A stretch of DNA of 24,000 nucleotides, taken from sequence record NC_029121.1. One strand, 5' to 3'. The notes beneath the pieces are model-generated. The model did not search any database. It worked only from the letters and a program-made list of their open reading frames with translations, and was not told the DNA's origin. The position numbers and the translations under genes were made by a program. How positions within the stretch are numbered: position 1 is the stretch's first letter; every line of letters begins with the position of its first letter. Shown here piece by piece: positions 8,348 through 15,795 of this stretch. This stretch comes from Bacillus phage Bp8p-C.

Positions 8348-8776
8348 TTATAAACCTTTGATCAGGTCATAAAGCTCATCAGACATAGCGGCAACTACCA
8401 CAGGATATATAGACTCTGCAAACTCATGGTTTCTAGCCCTCACAATCAGCTCGGCAATGTCTGAAAGGTTCATATCAAGTTCTAAATGAGGGTAAGAGCG
8501 GCTGAACGTTTCAAGGTCTCTTGAATATTTGTAACAGATAAGAAACTCATCTTCTACATCGTATGCATCGCTTTGTGTTAGTAAAACGGCGCTATACGGA
8601 TCATCCCTAAATTCCTTATTGAAAAACTCCTCTGTGTTACCGTGTACAGTAAACCCAAATAGCTCACTACAGTCCGTGTTCAGTCCTTCTAATATCTCTG
8701 CTAGTTCTCCAATGTTATTGATCAAGTAGTCCTGTACCGCTTCTAGACGCTCTTCTCTGTTTTCCATTCTATTCAT
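8348..8776 (-). CDS. acidic hypothetical protein, acidic paralogue family member
   Basis: NTEEFFNKEFRDDPYSAVLL....Y and DIAELIVRA motifs shared with other ORFs; AAGGGGG upstream. Confidence 0.8.
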   Translation of the reverse strand: MNRMENREERLEAVQDYLINNIGELAEILEGLNTDCSELFGFTVHGNTEEFFNKEFRDDPYSAVLLTQSDAYDVEDEFLICYKYSRDLETFSRSYPHLELDMNLSDIAELIVRARNHEFAESIYPVVVAAMSDELYDLIKGL

Positions 8777-8784
8777 CCCCCTTG

Positions 8785-9036
8785 TTAGTTTAGTTCGTCA
8801 ATCATAGCCCAAAATGTTTCTACATGGTCTTGCATAGGGATATTATCTTGTCTGAGTGTGGATTCTCGTTCCATCATGAAACCGCCCATAAGTACCCACG
8901 CACGTTCAGCGGATAAGCTCATGATTCTTTCTCCCGTGCCCGCTGCGATCACTTCCCTATATCCGTCACCGTCACAGTATGCTTTATACAACAACCTGCC
9001 TAGTCTCTCTAATTCCTGTTCTGTTAAAATATCCAT
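8785..9036 (-). CDS. hypothetical protein (83 aa)
   Basis: AGGAGGGG RBS; canonical promoter upstream. Confidence 0.75.
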   Translation of the reverse strand: MDILTEQELERLGRLLYKAYCDGDGYREVIAAGTGERIMSLSAERAWVLMGGFMMERESTLRQDNIPMQDHVETFWAMIDELN

Positions 9037-9069
9037 ATGTAACCCCTCCTAATTGTTATTTCTAACTTT

Positions 9070-9102
9070 AGTATATCATGAGGGTTGATTTACTGTCAAC
9101 CC
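9070..9102 (-). promoter_or_regulatory. palindromic promoter-operator unit 4
   Basis: Minus: GGGTTGAC-AGTAA-ATCAACCC, TTGACA-18-TATACT. Confidence 0.85.
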
Positions 9103-9107
9103 TTATT

Positions 9108-9227
9108 TAAAAATTCATCCTGTCTAATGACTCCCACGACACTAGACAGGATAGGACAGGCTCACGAAACCCGCCCACCTTCCGTAAAGAAGGTTCAAAT
9201 ATCACGGTATCACGTAAGTTTGTTGCA
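9108..9227 (-). ncRNA. candidate small structured RNA with own promoter and terminator-like hairpin
   Basis: Promoter at 9233-9261, hairpin ACCTTC-TTTACG-GAAGGT, then 10-bp perfect stem ATCCTGTCTA/TAGACAGGAT followed by GAATTTTT; no supported ORF. Confidence 0.4.
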
Positions 9228-9232
9228 TCTTT

Positions 9233-9261
9233 AGTATACACTATAACAAATACCGTGTCAA
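9233..9261 (-). promoter_or_regulatory. sigmaA-type promoter lacking the palindrome
   Basis: Minus: TTGACA - 17 bp (CGGTATTTGTTATAGTG) - TATACT. Confidence 0.75.
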
Positions 9262-9277
9262 CATCTTTTTTTAAGAC

Positions 9278-9321
9278 ATATCGTGCATCGTATTAATAAA
9301 TATCGTGCATCGTATTAATAA
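9278..9321. repeat. 22-bp tandem duplication (2 copies)
   Basis: ATATCGTGCATCGTATTAATAA repeated head-to-tail with period 22. Confidence 0.9.
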
Positions 9322-9664
9322 ATACCGCTCTGCTGTCTGCTCTGTTATCATACACCTCTGCTTCTAGTCCTATCTCATCCACAGGGTAGCATACAATAGC
9401 GTCTACCGCCAACTCTTCCGGTGTGTTGCTGATAGTGCCTAGAATATGTGTCATGTACACAGGATCAAGTTCGTTAATATCTATAATACCTTTAGCAACG
9501 ATGAAAGCAGGATGATCGTGTACAGTCATATCCAACCACGTCACCGTCTTTACCTTCCCGTTAGGCATATCTTTAGTAGTCGTATAAACTTCTGCCCCGT
9601 TCTGCCCTACCCTAAAATGAAACCATGCGCCACCATCATCCGGTAGTCTTTTAACCTCTGCCAT
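9293..9664 (-). CDS. hypothetical protein (123 aa)
   Basis: AAGGAGCTG RBS, canonical promoter upstream. Confidence 0.8.
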   Translation of the reverse strand: MAEVKRLPDDGGAWFHFRVGQNGAEVYTTTKDMPNGKVKTVTWLDMTVHDHPAFIVAKGIIDINELDPVYMTHILGTISNTPEELAVDAIVCYPVDEIGLEAEVYDNRADSRAVFINTMHDIY

Positions 9665-9689
9665 ATGTATCAGCTCCTTTTCTAACTTT

Positions 9690-9722
9690 AGTATATCACG
9701 AGGGTTGATTTAATGTCAACCC
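9690..9722 (-). promoter_or_regulatory. palindromic promoter-operator unit 5
   Basis: Minus: GGGTTGAC-ATTAA-ATCAACCC, TTGACA-18-TATACT. Confidence 0.85.
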
Positions 9723-10088
9723 TTTTAGTGAATGTTTGAATTGTTTGACAACTATTACGATAGTTTTCAGAATATTTAGACTTATACCATTGATATTTGT
9801 TATAATTTACGATTGTTTGTGGTACGATGCGTATAGAACCCCGTATTTGCCCCTTTATAGCTCCGTAGAGCGGTTTTATATGCCGAGTAGACCAATTACA
9901 CTAGATAACCCTTAAAAATCCGCCCTGCGCCGTCCTGTCCATCTAGATGCGAGTGACAAAGTCTAGCTTACGGCTCCTAGGAGATCGACGCCCCGGGCTT
10001 TGAAAGTTTTTCGTTTTTTATTCGTTTGTCTGTTTGAAAGTTTTTTATATCTCTCTATACGTCCTGTATATTTTTCTCGTACTTATGT

Positions 10089-10301
10089 TCATGCTTCTTC
10101 TTTTGTTCCATGATGAATAAATATATAAGTATCGTCGTACTCTCCTTCACCTTCTAACCTGTATGGCGTATATCCTAAAGTATCAATGGCGTTATCGAAA
10201 ATTGAAACACTGTCAATGGTTCCTTCATTATCAAACGGCTCAAAGCCTAGTTCAATCTGTAGTTGTTCCATTTCATGTTCAAGTAGAATTAATTTTTTCA
10301 T
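10089..10301 (-). CDS. hypothetical protein (70 aa)
   Basis: AAAGGAGTGGG RBS; canonical promoter upstream. Confidence 0.75.
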   Translation of the reverse strand: MKKLILLEHEMEQLQIELGFEPFDNEGTIDSVSIFDNAIDTLGYTPYRLEGEGEYDDTYIFIHHGTKEEA

Positions 10302-10346
10302 GCTTACCCACTCCTTTATTTTATGTATTGCTATATTTCTAACTTT

Positions 10347-10379
10347 AGTATATCATGAGGGTTGATTTGTTGTCAACCC
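10347..10379 (-). promoter_or_regulatory. palindromic promoter-operator unit 6
   Basis: Minus: GGGTTGAC-AACAA-ATCAACCC, TTGACA-18-TATACT. Confidence 0.85.
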
Positions 10380-10417
10380 TTATTTTTATCTTTCTTCCGG
10401 TTAGTTAGTACACACGC

Positions 10418-10627
10418 CTATTTCAGATACGCAATGTACCATACACCCTCTTGTACTTGTTGTTGTCGTACTGTAATTGGTTCTGAACAATGGTAAAACG
10501 AATACCAATTGTTTAAAACACATCTTACGTGTACACCATTGTTTGCCCACATCTTTAAAGCCTTCCATAAGGGAACTTCTATCCAGTCTAAACCTTCACC
10601 GTACCACTTTTCTTTGTTAGCTTCCAT
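10418..10627 (-). CDS. hypothetical protein (69 aa)
   Basis: GGGAGGAGGGAGG RBS region; canonical promoter upstream. Confidence 0.75.
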   Translation of the reverse strand: MEANKEKWYGEGLDWIEVPLWKALKMWANNGVHVRCVLNNWYSFYHCSEPITVRQQQVQEGVWYIAYLK

Positions 10628-10681
10628 AGGTTCCTCCCTCCTCCCCTTTGCTAATTTATGTATTGTTATATTTCTAACTTT

Positions 10682-10714
10682 AGTATATCATAAGGGTTGA
10701 TTTGTTGTCAACCC
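10682..10714 (-). promoter_or_regulatory. palindromic promoter-operator unit 7
   Basis: Minus: GGGTTGAC-AACAA-ATCAACCC, TTGACA-18-TATACT. Confidence 0.85.
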
Positions 10715-10731
10715 TTATGTTTATCTTTTTT

Positions 10732-11118
10732 TTACGGTCGTGAGTACTTCTGTAGTAGTGTAACGTCTTTTGTGAAATACAAACATGTTAGTTCGTGAGT
10801 CATAAAGGTTTCAGTAATGTTTGTTATGTTCTCTCTTATGGTGTCAATGTATTCTTGTTTGGTTACTGAATGGATTTCGTTGTCTTCTAGGTAGAAGTAA
10901 GGGTGATCAATATTGTATACTCCTTTACTGATAGCCTGTGCCAATTCATAAGGTTTATTAAACATTGCGTTTACGGTGTCTTGTATGTTTCTATATACAT
11001 GAAACTCTTCTAGTGTACGGTCATAGTGGTATAGGCTGTCTATAGTGTCTATTGTTAAATCTAGGTTGGATAACACGTATTCTTTTATATCGTTAAACTC
11101 TTGTTTTCTTGTTGACAT
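10732..11118 (-). CDS. acidic paralogue family member (128 aa)
   Basis: YVLSNLDLTIDTIDSLYHYDRTLEEFHVYRN... parallels the 11403 ORF; AGGAGGAACC RBS. Confidence 0.85.
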   Translation of the reverse strand: MSTRKQEFNDIKEYVLSNLDLTIDTIDSLYHYDRTLEEFHVYRNIQDTVNAMFNKPYELAQAISKGVYNIDHPYFYLEDNEIHSVTKQEYIDTIRENITNITETFMTHELTCLYFTKDVTLLQKYSRP

Positions 11119-11177
11119 TGGTTGGTTCCTCCTTCTTGGAAAGTGCTTCGCTGCGTGACATCTTTACATTTTACACT

Positions 11178-11399
11178 TTATCCTTGCAGGAAACAAGCAT
11201 ATATGTTGTCTTTTGTGTCTTCTAATATGCCTAGTCTCTCTATGGTCAGTGTATTATTGATTGTTCCGTCTCCATAATTTGAGTCATATTCTTTTATTGC
11301 GTCTATTTCTTGTTGTGTAAGGTACACGGTCTTCCCTGTCGTTAGTTTTGCGTATATGAAAGCCAGTTCACCCATAGCGGTTCCCTCCTCTGCACTCAA
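11178..11399 (-). CDS. hypothetical protein (73 aa)
   Basis: GGAGGGAACC RBS, tightly packed behind 11403-11819. Confidence 0.75.
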   Translation of the reverse strand: MSAEEGTAMGELAFIYAKLTTGKTVYLTQQEIDAIKEYDSNYGDGTINNTLTIERLGILEDTKDNIYACFLQG

Positions 11400-11402
11400 T
11401 TC

Positions 11403-11819
11403 CTACCTGCTCCCTTGCTCCTGCTCATATTTCTTTCTGTTGTCGATAAAGCTTTTCAGTTCGTCAGTGAAATTAAATTCTAATTCGTCTGAATAGCTCA
11501 CTAGTGTAAGGGCAATATCTGTGATATTATTTTGAATGGCTAATTCTTGGTTACGGGCTGATGTGGACCAAATTTGATTCCCGTTGAAGAAGAAGTAAGG
11601 CAGGTGCCGATCGTATTTACCGCTTTTAGTAGCGTTAAGTGCTTCACTTGGTGTAGCGAATAAGCCGTCTATGATTTCGTTTGTGTTTCGGTAGGCTTGC
11701 ACGTCCTGTAATGAGTAGTCATAGTGGTATACCACGTCTATATAGTCCATCGTCTCTTCTAGGTTGCTTAACAGGTATCTTTCAATAGCTTCCCTTGCTT
11801 TTATTCTTTCATCCATCAT
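11403..11819 (-). CDS. acidic paralogue family member (138 aa)
   Basis: YLLSNLEETMDYIDVVYHYDYSLQDVQAYRNTNEIIDGLF...; AGAGGAGGAACC RBS. Confidence 0.85.
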   Translation of the reverse strand: MMDERIKAREAIERYLLSNLEETMDYIDVVYHYDYSLQDVQAYRNTNEIIDGLFATPSEALNATKSGKYDRHLPYFFFNGNQIWSTSARNQELAIQNNITDIALTLVSYSDELEFNFTDELKSFIDNRKKYEQEQGSR

Positions 11820-11884
11820 TTGTGGTTCCTCCTCTATTTTGTGTTAACATACTATTTATTTACCTATGGTGTGGTGTGGTTTGT

Positions 11885-12322
11885 TTAGTTTCGTCTTCTA
11901 GGGAATGCGTCGGATAGTTGGTCTATTAGCTCGGCAATATCCGGTTTAAAGTTAAAGTCTATTTTGTCTACACTGTGAAGAATCAGTACAACAATGTCTA
12001 GCATGTCAGATTCTAGCAGGTATGGTATCTTTCCAAGGTCAAACGACGTTACGTCTCCATTTCTATGATACATGACATAGTCATCATAATCATACTGGCT
12101 ATGATCTATGGCTTGAATGGCTTCGTAAGGTGTTGTAAAGGTTGAGTTAAAGAAAGTTGCGTCGTTACAGTGTACCGTGTATTCTACTTCGTCTTTCAGT
12201 TGGTCATTGATCTCATACATGTGGTCGAATGCTTCGTCAATGTTCTTTAGAAATAGGCTAGCGATCTGATACATGATCTCTCTGTCTGTTTCTGTGTAGT
12301 GTCTTCCATTTGATTGAATCAT
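11885..12322 (-). CDS. acidic paralogue family member (145 aa)
   Basis: FLKNIDEAFDHMYEI...CNDATFFNSTFTTPYEAIQAI..YDYDDYV; AAAGGGGAAATG upstream. Confidence 0.8.
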   Translation of the reverse strand: MIQSNGRHYTETDREIMYQIASLFLKNIDEAFDHMYEINDQLKDEVEYTVHCNDATFFNSTFTTPYEAIQAIDHSQYDYDDYVMYHRNGDVTSFDLGKIPYLLESDMLDIVVLILHSVDKIDFNFKPDIAELIDQLSDAFPRRRN

Positions 12323-12325
12323 TTG

Positions 12326-12496
12326 TCATTTCCCCTTTGTATTATATTGGATTGTTCTTTCTTGTAGGTTCACAATGGCAATGCGTCCTATACTATCCCA
12401 GTAGGTATATGTATTGTCGTTGTTAGCGTATTGGAATTTGTAGTCATCTTCTTTTAACTGGTTCATGAGTTGGTTGACCGTTCTGAACTTCTCCAT
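12326..12496 (-). CDS. microprotein (56 aa), not in ORF track
   Basis: MEKFRTVNQLMNQLKEDDYKFQYANNDNTYTYWDSIGRIAIVNLQERTIQYNTKGK*; lies between canonical promoter unit 8 and 11885-12322; AGAGAGGTGAC upstream. Confidence 0.75.
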   Translation of the reverse strand: MEKFRTVNQLMNQLKEDDYKFQYANNDNTYTYWDSIGRIAIVNLQERTIQYNTKGK

Positions 12497-12519
12497 GTGT
12501 GTCACCTCTCTATGCTTTT

Positions 12520-12552
12520 AGTGTAACATGAGGGCTGACATTGTGTCAACCC
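12520..12552 (-). promoter_or_regulatory. palindromic promoter-operator unit 8
   Basis: Minus: GGGTTGAC-ACAAT-GTCAGCCC, TTGACA-18-TACACT. Confidence 0.85.
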
Positions 12553-12598
12553 TTTTCTTTTGTTAAAAGACAATGATTTGTTTCTATTCTTCCATTTA

Positions 12599-12784
12599 TT
12601 AATCAATATGAATAATATCGTATTGTTTATCAGCAGCTAGAGAATCGACATAATCGCTTGCATCTTTTTCGGTTGGGAAAATTCTTTCTAAATATTCTAC
12701 ACGTTCACCCTCTTCTCTATCCCATACATTAACTTCCCAATCGTTATCATACTCTGAAAATTGAATTTGGACATTTAATAACAT
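12599..12784 (-). CDS. hypothetical protein (61 aa)
   Basis: AAAGGAGG RBS, canonical promoter upstream. Confidence 0.75.
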   Translation of the reverse strand: MLLNVQIQFSEYDNDWEVNVWDREEGERVEYLERIFPTEKDASDYVDSLAADKQYDIIHID

Positions 12785-12813
12785 ACGTAAAACCTCCTTT
12801 AGTTGGTAACTTT

Positions 12814-12846
12814 AGTGTAACATAAGGGCTGACTTACTGTCAACCC
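12814..12846 (-). promoter_or_regulatory. palindromic promoter-operator unit 9
   Basis: Minus: GGGTTGAC-AGTAA-GTCAGCCC, TTGACA-18-TACACT. Confidence 0.85.
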
Positions 12847-12867
12847 TTTATGAAAAGAAAGTTTTTT

Positions 12868-13116
12868 TTAACCTCTGATAATTTGTATACAATCGTCAGA
12901 CAGGTCAACAATCATAAGGTAAAGTTCTTGACTTAATGACTCGATGTATGTCGTCTCGTTCGCCCTAACGATAGTTTGAGCAATGTCTGAAATGCTCACA
13001 TTATGATCAGCAGATTTTTTCAGTTCCGCTAGGATAGCTATTGTTTCTTTTGGGTTCTCCTGTAAGTAAACCTTAATGGGTTCAAGTTGCTGTAGTACAT
13101 GCTCTCTGTAATTCAT
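12868..13116 (-). CDS. hypothetical protein (82 aa), partial relative of 8348-8776
   Basis: SISDIAQTIVRANETTYIES...D..IQIIRG mirrors NLSDIAELIVRARNHEFAES...YDLIKG; AAAGGAGG upstream. Confidence 0.75.
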   Translation of the reverse strand: MNYREHVLQQLEPIKVYLQENPKETIAILAELKKSADHNVSISDIAQTIVRANETTYIESLSQELYLMIVDLSDDCIQIIRG

Positions 13117-13145
13117 ATGTATTACCTCCTTTAGTTGGTAACTTT

Positions 13146-13178
13146 AGTGTAACATAAGGGCTGACTTACTGTCAACCC
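13146..13178 (-). promoter_or_regulatory. palindromic promoter-operator unit 10
   Basis: Minus: GGGTTGAC-AGTAA-GTCAGCCC, TTGACA-18-TACACT. Confidence 0.85.
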
Positions 13179-13232
13179 GTTGTGAAAAGAAAGTTTTTTT
13201 TATTTTGTAGCGTTCCTAACAACGGTCAAACA

Positions 13233-13445
13233 TTAGTCCTCCCATTCCATGTCATCAAAGTCAGTGACAAGGAATCTAGATACTTTGTTTTGTATTTCAT
13301 GGCTTCTTTGTGCTTTACCCTGTTGCATTCCTACTAAAAAGGCTTCGTGAATCATGTCATTCATAATGTCCACCTGTTTAGAAATACCCTCTTCAATGAT
13401 TCTTCTTGATGCTATCCGCTGTAGTTCATTAATTTTGTTTAGCAT
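13233..13445 (-). CDS. hypothetical protein (70 aa)
   Basis: Start overlaps stop of 13439-13759; GAGGGGGAAAGGG upstream. Confidence 0.75.
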   Translation of the reverse strand: MLNKINELQRIASRRIIEEGISKQVDIMNDMIHEAFLVGMQQGKAQRSHEIQNKVSRFLVTDFDDMEWED

Positions 13446-13759
13446 TTCCCTTTCCCCCTCACATTCATAATACCCGCACTGGCTTTCTTGTCATTACCTG
13501 TTAACCAACATTCGGCGCCTTCTTGATAGTAAACTCCCCAATACTTATCTTTCCCTTCATCATTGTAAACAATCCAGTGATCATGTAATATGTGAAGGTC
13601 TTCGCTTTTCCCTTTGTAGGGCTGTAAATAGTCTCCTACGATGTCATATACCTGTGAAAGTAAACTTTGATACGGAACGTCACGATTTTCAATAATTCCG
13701 GTCAATGCGTGCCCTTTGTGTTCTAGTTCTAACTTGTGGTTATACTCAGTTCTTAACAT
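13439..13759 (-). CDS. hypothetical protein (106 aa)
   Basis: AAAGGAGG RBS; canonical promoter upstream. Confidence 0.8.
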   Translation of the reverse strand: MLRTEYNHKLELEHKGHALTGIIENRDVPYQSLLSQVYDIVGDYLQPYKGKSEDLHILHDHWIVYNDEGKDKYWGVYYQEGAECWLTGNDKKASAGIMNVRGKGKC

Positions 13760-13788
13760 ATGTATTACCTCCTTTAGATGGTAACTTT

Positions 13789-13821
13789 AGTGTAACATGA
13801 GGGCTGACATACTGTCAACCC
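13789..13821 (-). promoter_or_regulatory. palindromic promoter-operator unit 11
   Basis: Minus: GGGTTGAC-AGTAT-GTCAGCCC, TTGACA-18-TACACT. Confidence 0.85.
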
Positions 13822-13837
13822 CTTTAGTGAAAAAACT

Positions 13838-14080
13838 TTAGATGAAATCGTTTTGGCTAATTCCGTTGTACTGCATGTCGTTCATGTTTCCCCGTGCCCG
13901 TGCTTCTTCTAACTGGCTTTCTAGGTCTTCTAGAATGTCTTCTAGTTCTTCGATATCACCGTTGATGTCGTCTAGCTCTTCGTTTGTAGCTTCTTCAAGA
14001 TCAGCATATAGCCTTTCAAGTTCGTCTTCTAGGTCGTCAATTCTTTTTTGTAGCTCATCAACTCGTGTACTGTTAGGCAT
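13838..14080 (-). CDS. acidic coiled-coil protein (80 aa)
   Basis: VDELQKRIDDLEDELERLYADLEEATNEELDDINGDIEELEDILEDLESQLEEARA heptad pattern; GAAGGAGG RBS. Confidence 0.8.
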   Translation of the reverse strand: MPNSTRVDELQKRIDDLEDELERLYADLEEATNEELDDINGDIEELEDILEDLESQLEEARARGNMNDMQYNGISQNDFI

Positions 14081-14110
14081 GTGTAAAAACCTCCTTCATC
14101 TGATAAACCT

Positions 14111-14143
14111 AGTGTAACATGAGGGCTGACATAGTGTCAACCC
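14111..14143 (-). promoter_or_regulatory. palindromic promoter-operator unit 12
   Basis: Minus: GGGTTGAC-ACTAT-GTCAGCCC, TTGACA-18-TACACT. Confidence 0.85.
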
Positions 14144-14160
14144 CTTTTAACACATTTTTT

Positions 14161-14571
14161 TTATTCTTCGTCCTCTTCGTCTTCGATTTGCTCAATAATA
14201 GAAACCAGTTCATCAGATACGTCGATATTGTCGATATTTCTAATTACAGCGTCTGCAATATCTTCGATATCGTCTTTCATTTCTTTAATGATTGTATACT
14301 CATTAGCGGTCTCAAGGTTACCGTATGCATTAAACCGTACATAGTCATCACCGTAGTTAAAGTCACCAAAACAAACTGCCCTTACTACTTCATCTGTTTT
14401 ACCTTCAAAGAACATATTAAAAAATTCTTCGTCGTTCACATACCAGTCATAGTGGTCTAGCTCACCATTCCATGAAATAACTTCACGAACCGCCGCTTGT
14501 AACTCCTCTTCATTTTCTAGTAAATACGCTTTTACCTCTTCAAGTACTTTTTTCTCTGTCATATTAAACAC
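14161..14571 (-). CDS. highly acidic paralogue family member (136 aa)
   Basis: VNDEEFFNMFFEGKTDEVVRAVCFGDFNYGDDYVRF...; overlaps 14564-14806 stop. Confidence 0.85.
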   Translation of the reverse strand: MFNMTEKKVLEEVKAYLLENEEELQAAVREVISWNGELDHYDWYVNDEEFFNMFFEGKTDEVVRAVCFGDFNYGDDYVRFNAYGNLETANEYTIIKEMKDDIEDIADAVIRNIDNIDVSDELVSIIEQIEDEEDEE

Positions 14572-14806
14572 GTCCTTTCGAGTAGTTGCCCGCCGTTTGT
14601 TCGGCTTTCCATAGAATATGTTGTGCCTGTTTCAAGTCTTCCAGTGCGCCGCCTGTGTAGATGTCTTTTTGTAACTCCCTTTGAATAGTTACAAGAAGAT
14701 CAACTTTGTTATCCCACCATGCGCCGTGTTCTAGTTCGTTTTCGATTCGTGCCGCTGCGACTGCTAAATCTTGTGCTTCTCTTAAAAGATCGTTTACTGT
14801 TATCAT
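14564..14806 (-). CDS. hypothetical protein (80 aa)
   Basis: ACAGGAGG RBS; canonical promoter upstream. Confidence 0.8.
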   Translation of the reverse strand: MITVNDLLREAQDLAVAAARIENELEHGAWWDNKVDLLVTIQRELQKDIYTGGALEDLKQAQHILWKAEQTAGNYSKGRV

Positions 14807-14839
14807 GTGTTTTATACCTCCTGTATTGTTTGTAACTTT

Positions 14840-14871
14840 AGTGTATCATAGGGTTGATTAGCCGTCAACCC
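14840..14871 (-). promoter_or_regulatory. palindromic promoter-operator unit 13
   Basis: Minus: GGGTTGAC-GGCTA-ATCAACCC, TTGACG-17-TACACT. Confidence 0.8.
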
Positions 14872-14882
14872 TTATTTGAAAA

Positions 14883-15104
14883 TTAATTGTCAAAATCGTA
14901 AGTTGTTACGTTCTGTTCTAAAGCCCATGCGCCTGCATCTTCTATATACTGGATAAAATCCGTCAAACGGTCGGTGTTCATCTGCGCGTCAGAAAGTAAT
15001 CCGTATAAAGAGCCTTCAAACGTCCCCTGACGAATTTCATATGTCCGCTTGACTCCATAACTTACAGTGTTGATAAGTACAAAATCTTTTGTCACTATGA
15101 CCAA
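14883..15104 (-). CDS. hypothetical protein (73 aa)
   Basis: AAAGGGAG RBS; canonical promoter upstream. Confidence 0.8.
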   Translation of the reverse strand: MVIVTKDFVLINTVSYGVKRTYEIRQGTFEGSLYGLLSDAQMNTDRLTDFIQYIEDAGAWALEQNVTTYDFDN

Positions 15105-15149
15105 CTCCCTTTAGTTTATGTAGTTCGGTGTAACTGTCTTTCTAGTTCT

Positions 15150-15181
15150 AGTGTATCGCAGGGTTGATATAATGTCAACCC
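15150..15181 (-). promoter_or_regulatory. palindromic promoter-operator unit 14
   Basis: Minus: GGGTTGAC-ATTAT-ATCAACCC, TTGACA-17-TACACT. Confidence 0.85.
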
Positions 15182-15182
15182 T

Positions 15183-15743
15183 TTATTTAATGAAACTTAA
15201 AACTTTTTTATGAAGTTTGAAACTTTCCATGTTTACCGTGTAGTCATCAAAAAGTAACATGTAGTTGTCAATATAGTGGTGAACAAAATGGTCAAATTGA
15301 TTGTTTTCGTCATGGCAAAAGTTTATATCTTGTTGGAACCGTACCGAAACGGCGTTTGCGGCTTCTTGACAGGCGTTGAATGCGGCACGCTGATAGAAAG
15401 TATTATCCGGCTCATCTGATAGCTTACAAAGGCTCTCACGCATCATATTCATATGGTACTGTGCGTCATCGGTAAGTAAAGCAGGAATTGAAGAATCCAT
15501 GTCCGAGAAGCCCATATAAAATTCTTTTAAGAAGTCTTTATGAACACGGATGAAGCCGCCAACGTCTCCTAATCTGTAATAATCGACATACTCGCAAAGG
15601 AATGACATTTTTTCTGCCACATAATGCCGTTCAGTTTTCAAAAGGTCTTCCGATACGTTGTATCTTAATTTTGGGTTGTTACTCCATACTTGGCGTAATT
15701 CATATGTATTTAGTTCACGTAAATTCTTTTCCATTGTAGTCAC
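15183..15743 (-). CDS. NNPKLR-family hypothetical protein A (186 aa)
   Basis: LRELNTYELRQVWSNNPKLRYNVSEDL... paralogous to 16307-16873; AGGAGTG RBS. Confidence 0.85.
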   Translation of the reverse strand: MTTMEKNLRELNTYELRQVWSNNPKLRYNVSEDLLKTERHYVAEKMSFLCEYVDYYRLGDVGGFIRVHKDFLKEFYMGFSDMDSSIPALLTDDAQYHMNMMRESLCKLSDEPDNTFYQRAAFNACQEAANAVSVRFQQDINFCHDENNQFDHFVHHYIDNYMLLFDDYTVNMESFKLHKKVLSFIK

Positions 15744-15763
15744 TCCTATTTGTTGGTATCTTT

Positions 15764-15795
15764 AGTATAGCAAAGGGTTGATATAATGTCAACCC
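15764..15795 (-). promoter_or_regulatory. palindromic promoter-operator unit 15
   Basis: Minus: GGGTTGAC-ATTAT-ATCAACCC, TTGACA-17-TATACT. Confidence 0.85.

Noticed and set aside
9880-10010. tRNA gene in the 9.7-10.1 kb gap
   Set aside because: The GC-rich segment has hairpins but no T-arm (GTTCNANNC) or acceptor-stem pairing I could fit to a cloverleaf.
13842-14460. Plus-strand ORFs 13842-14117 and 14119-14460
   Set aside because: Antisense shadows of minus-strand genes 13838-14080 and 14161-14571 in a co-oriented module; Ser/Phe-rich translations mirror acidic coding on the other strand.
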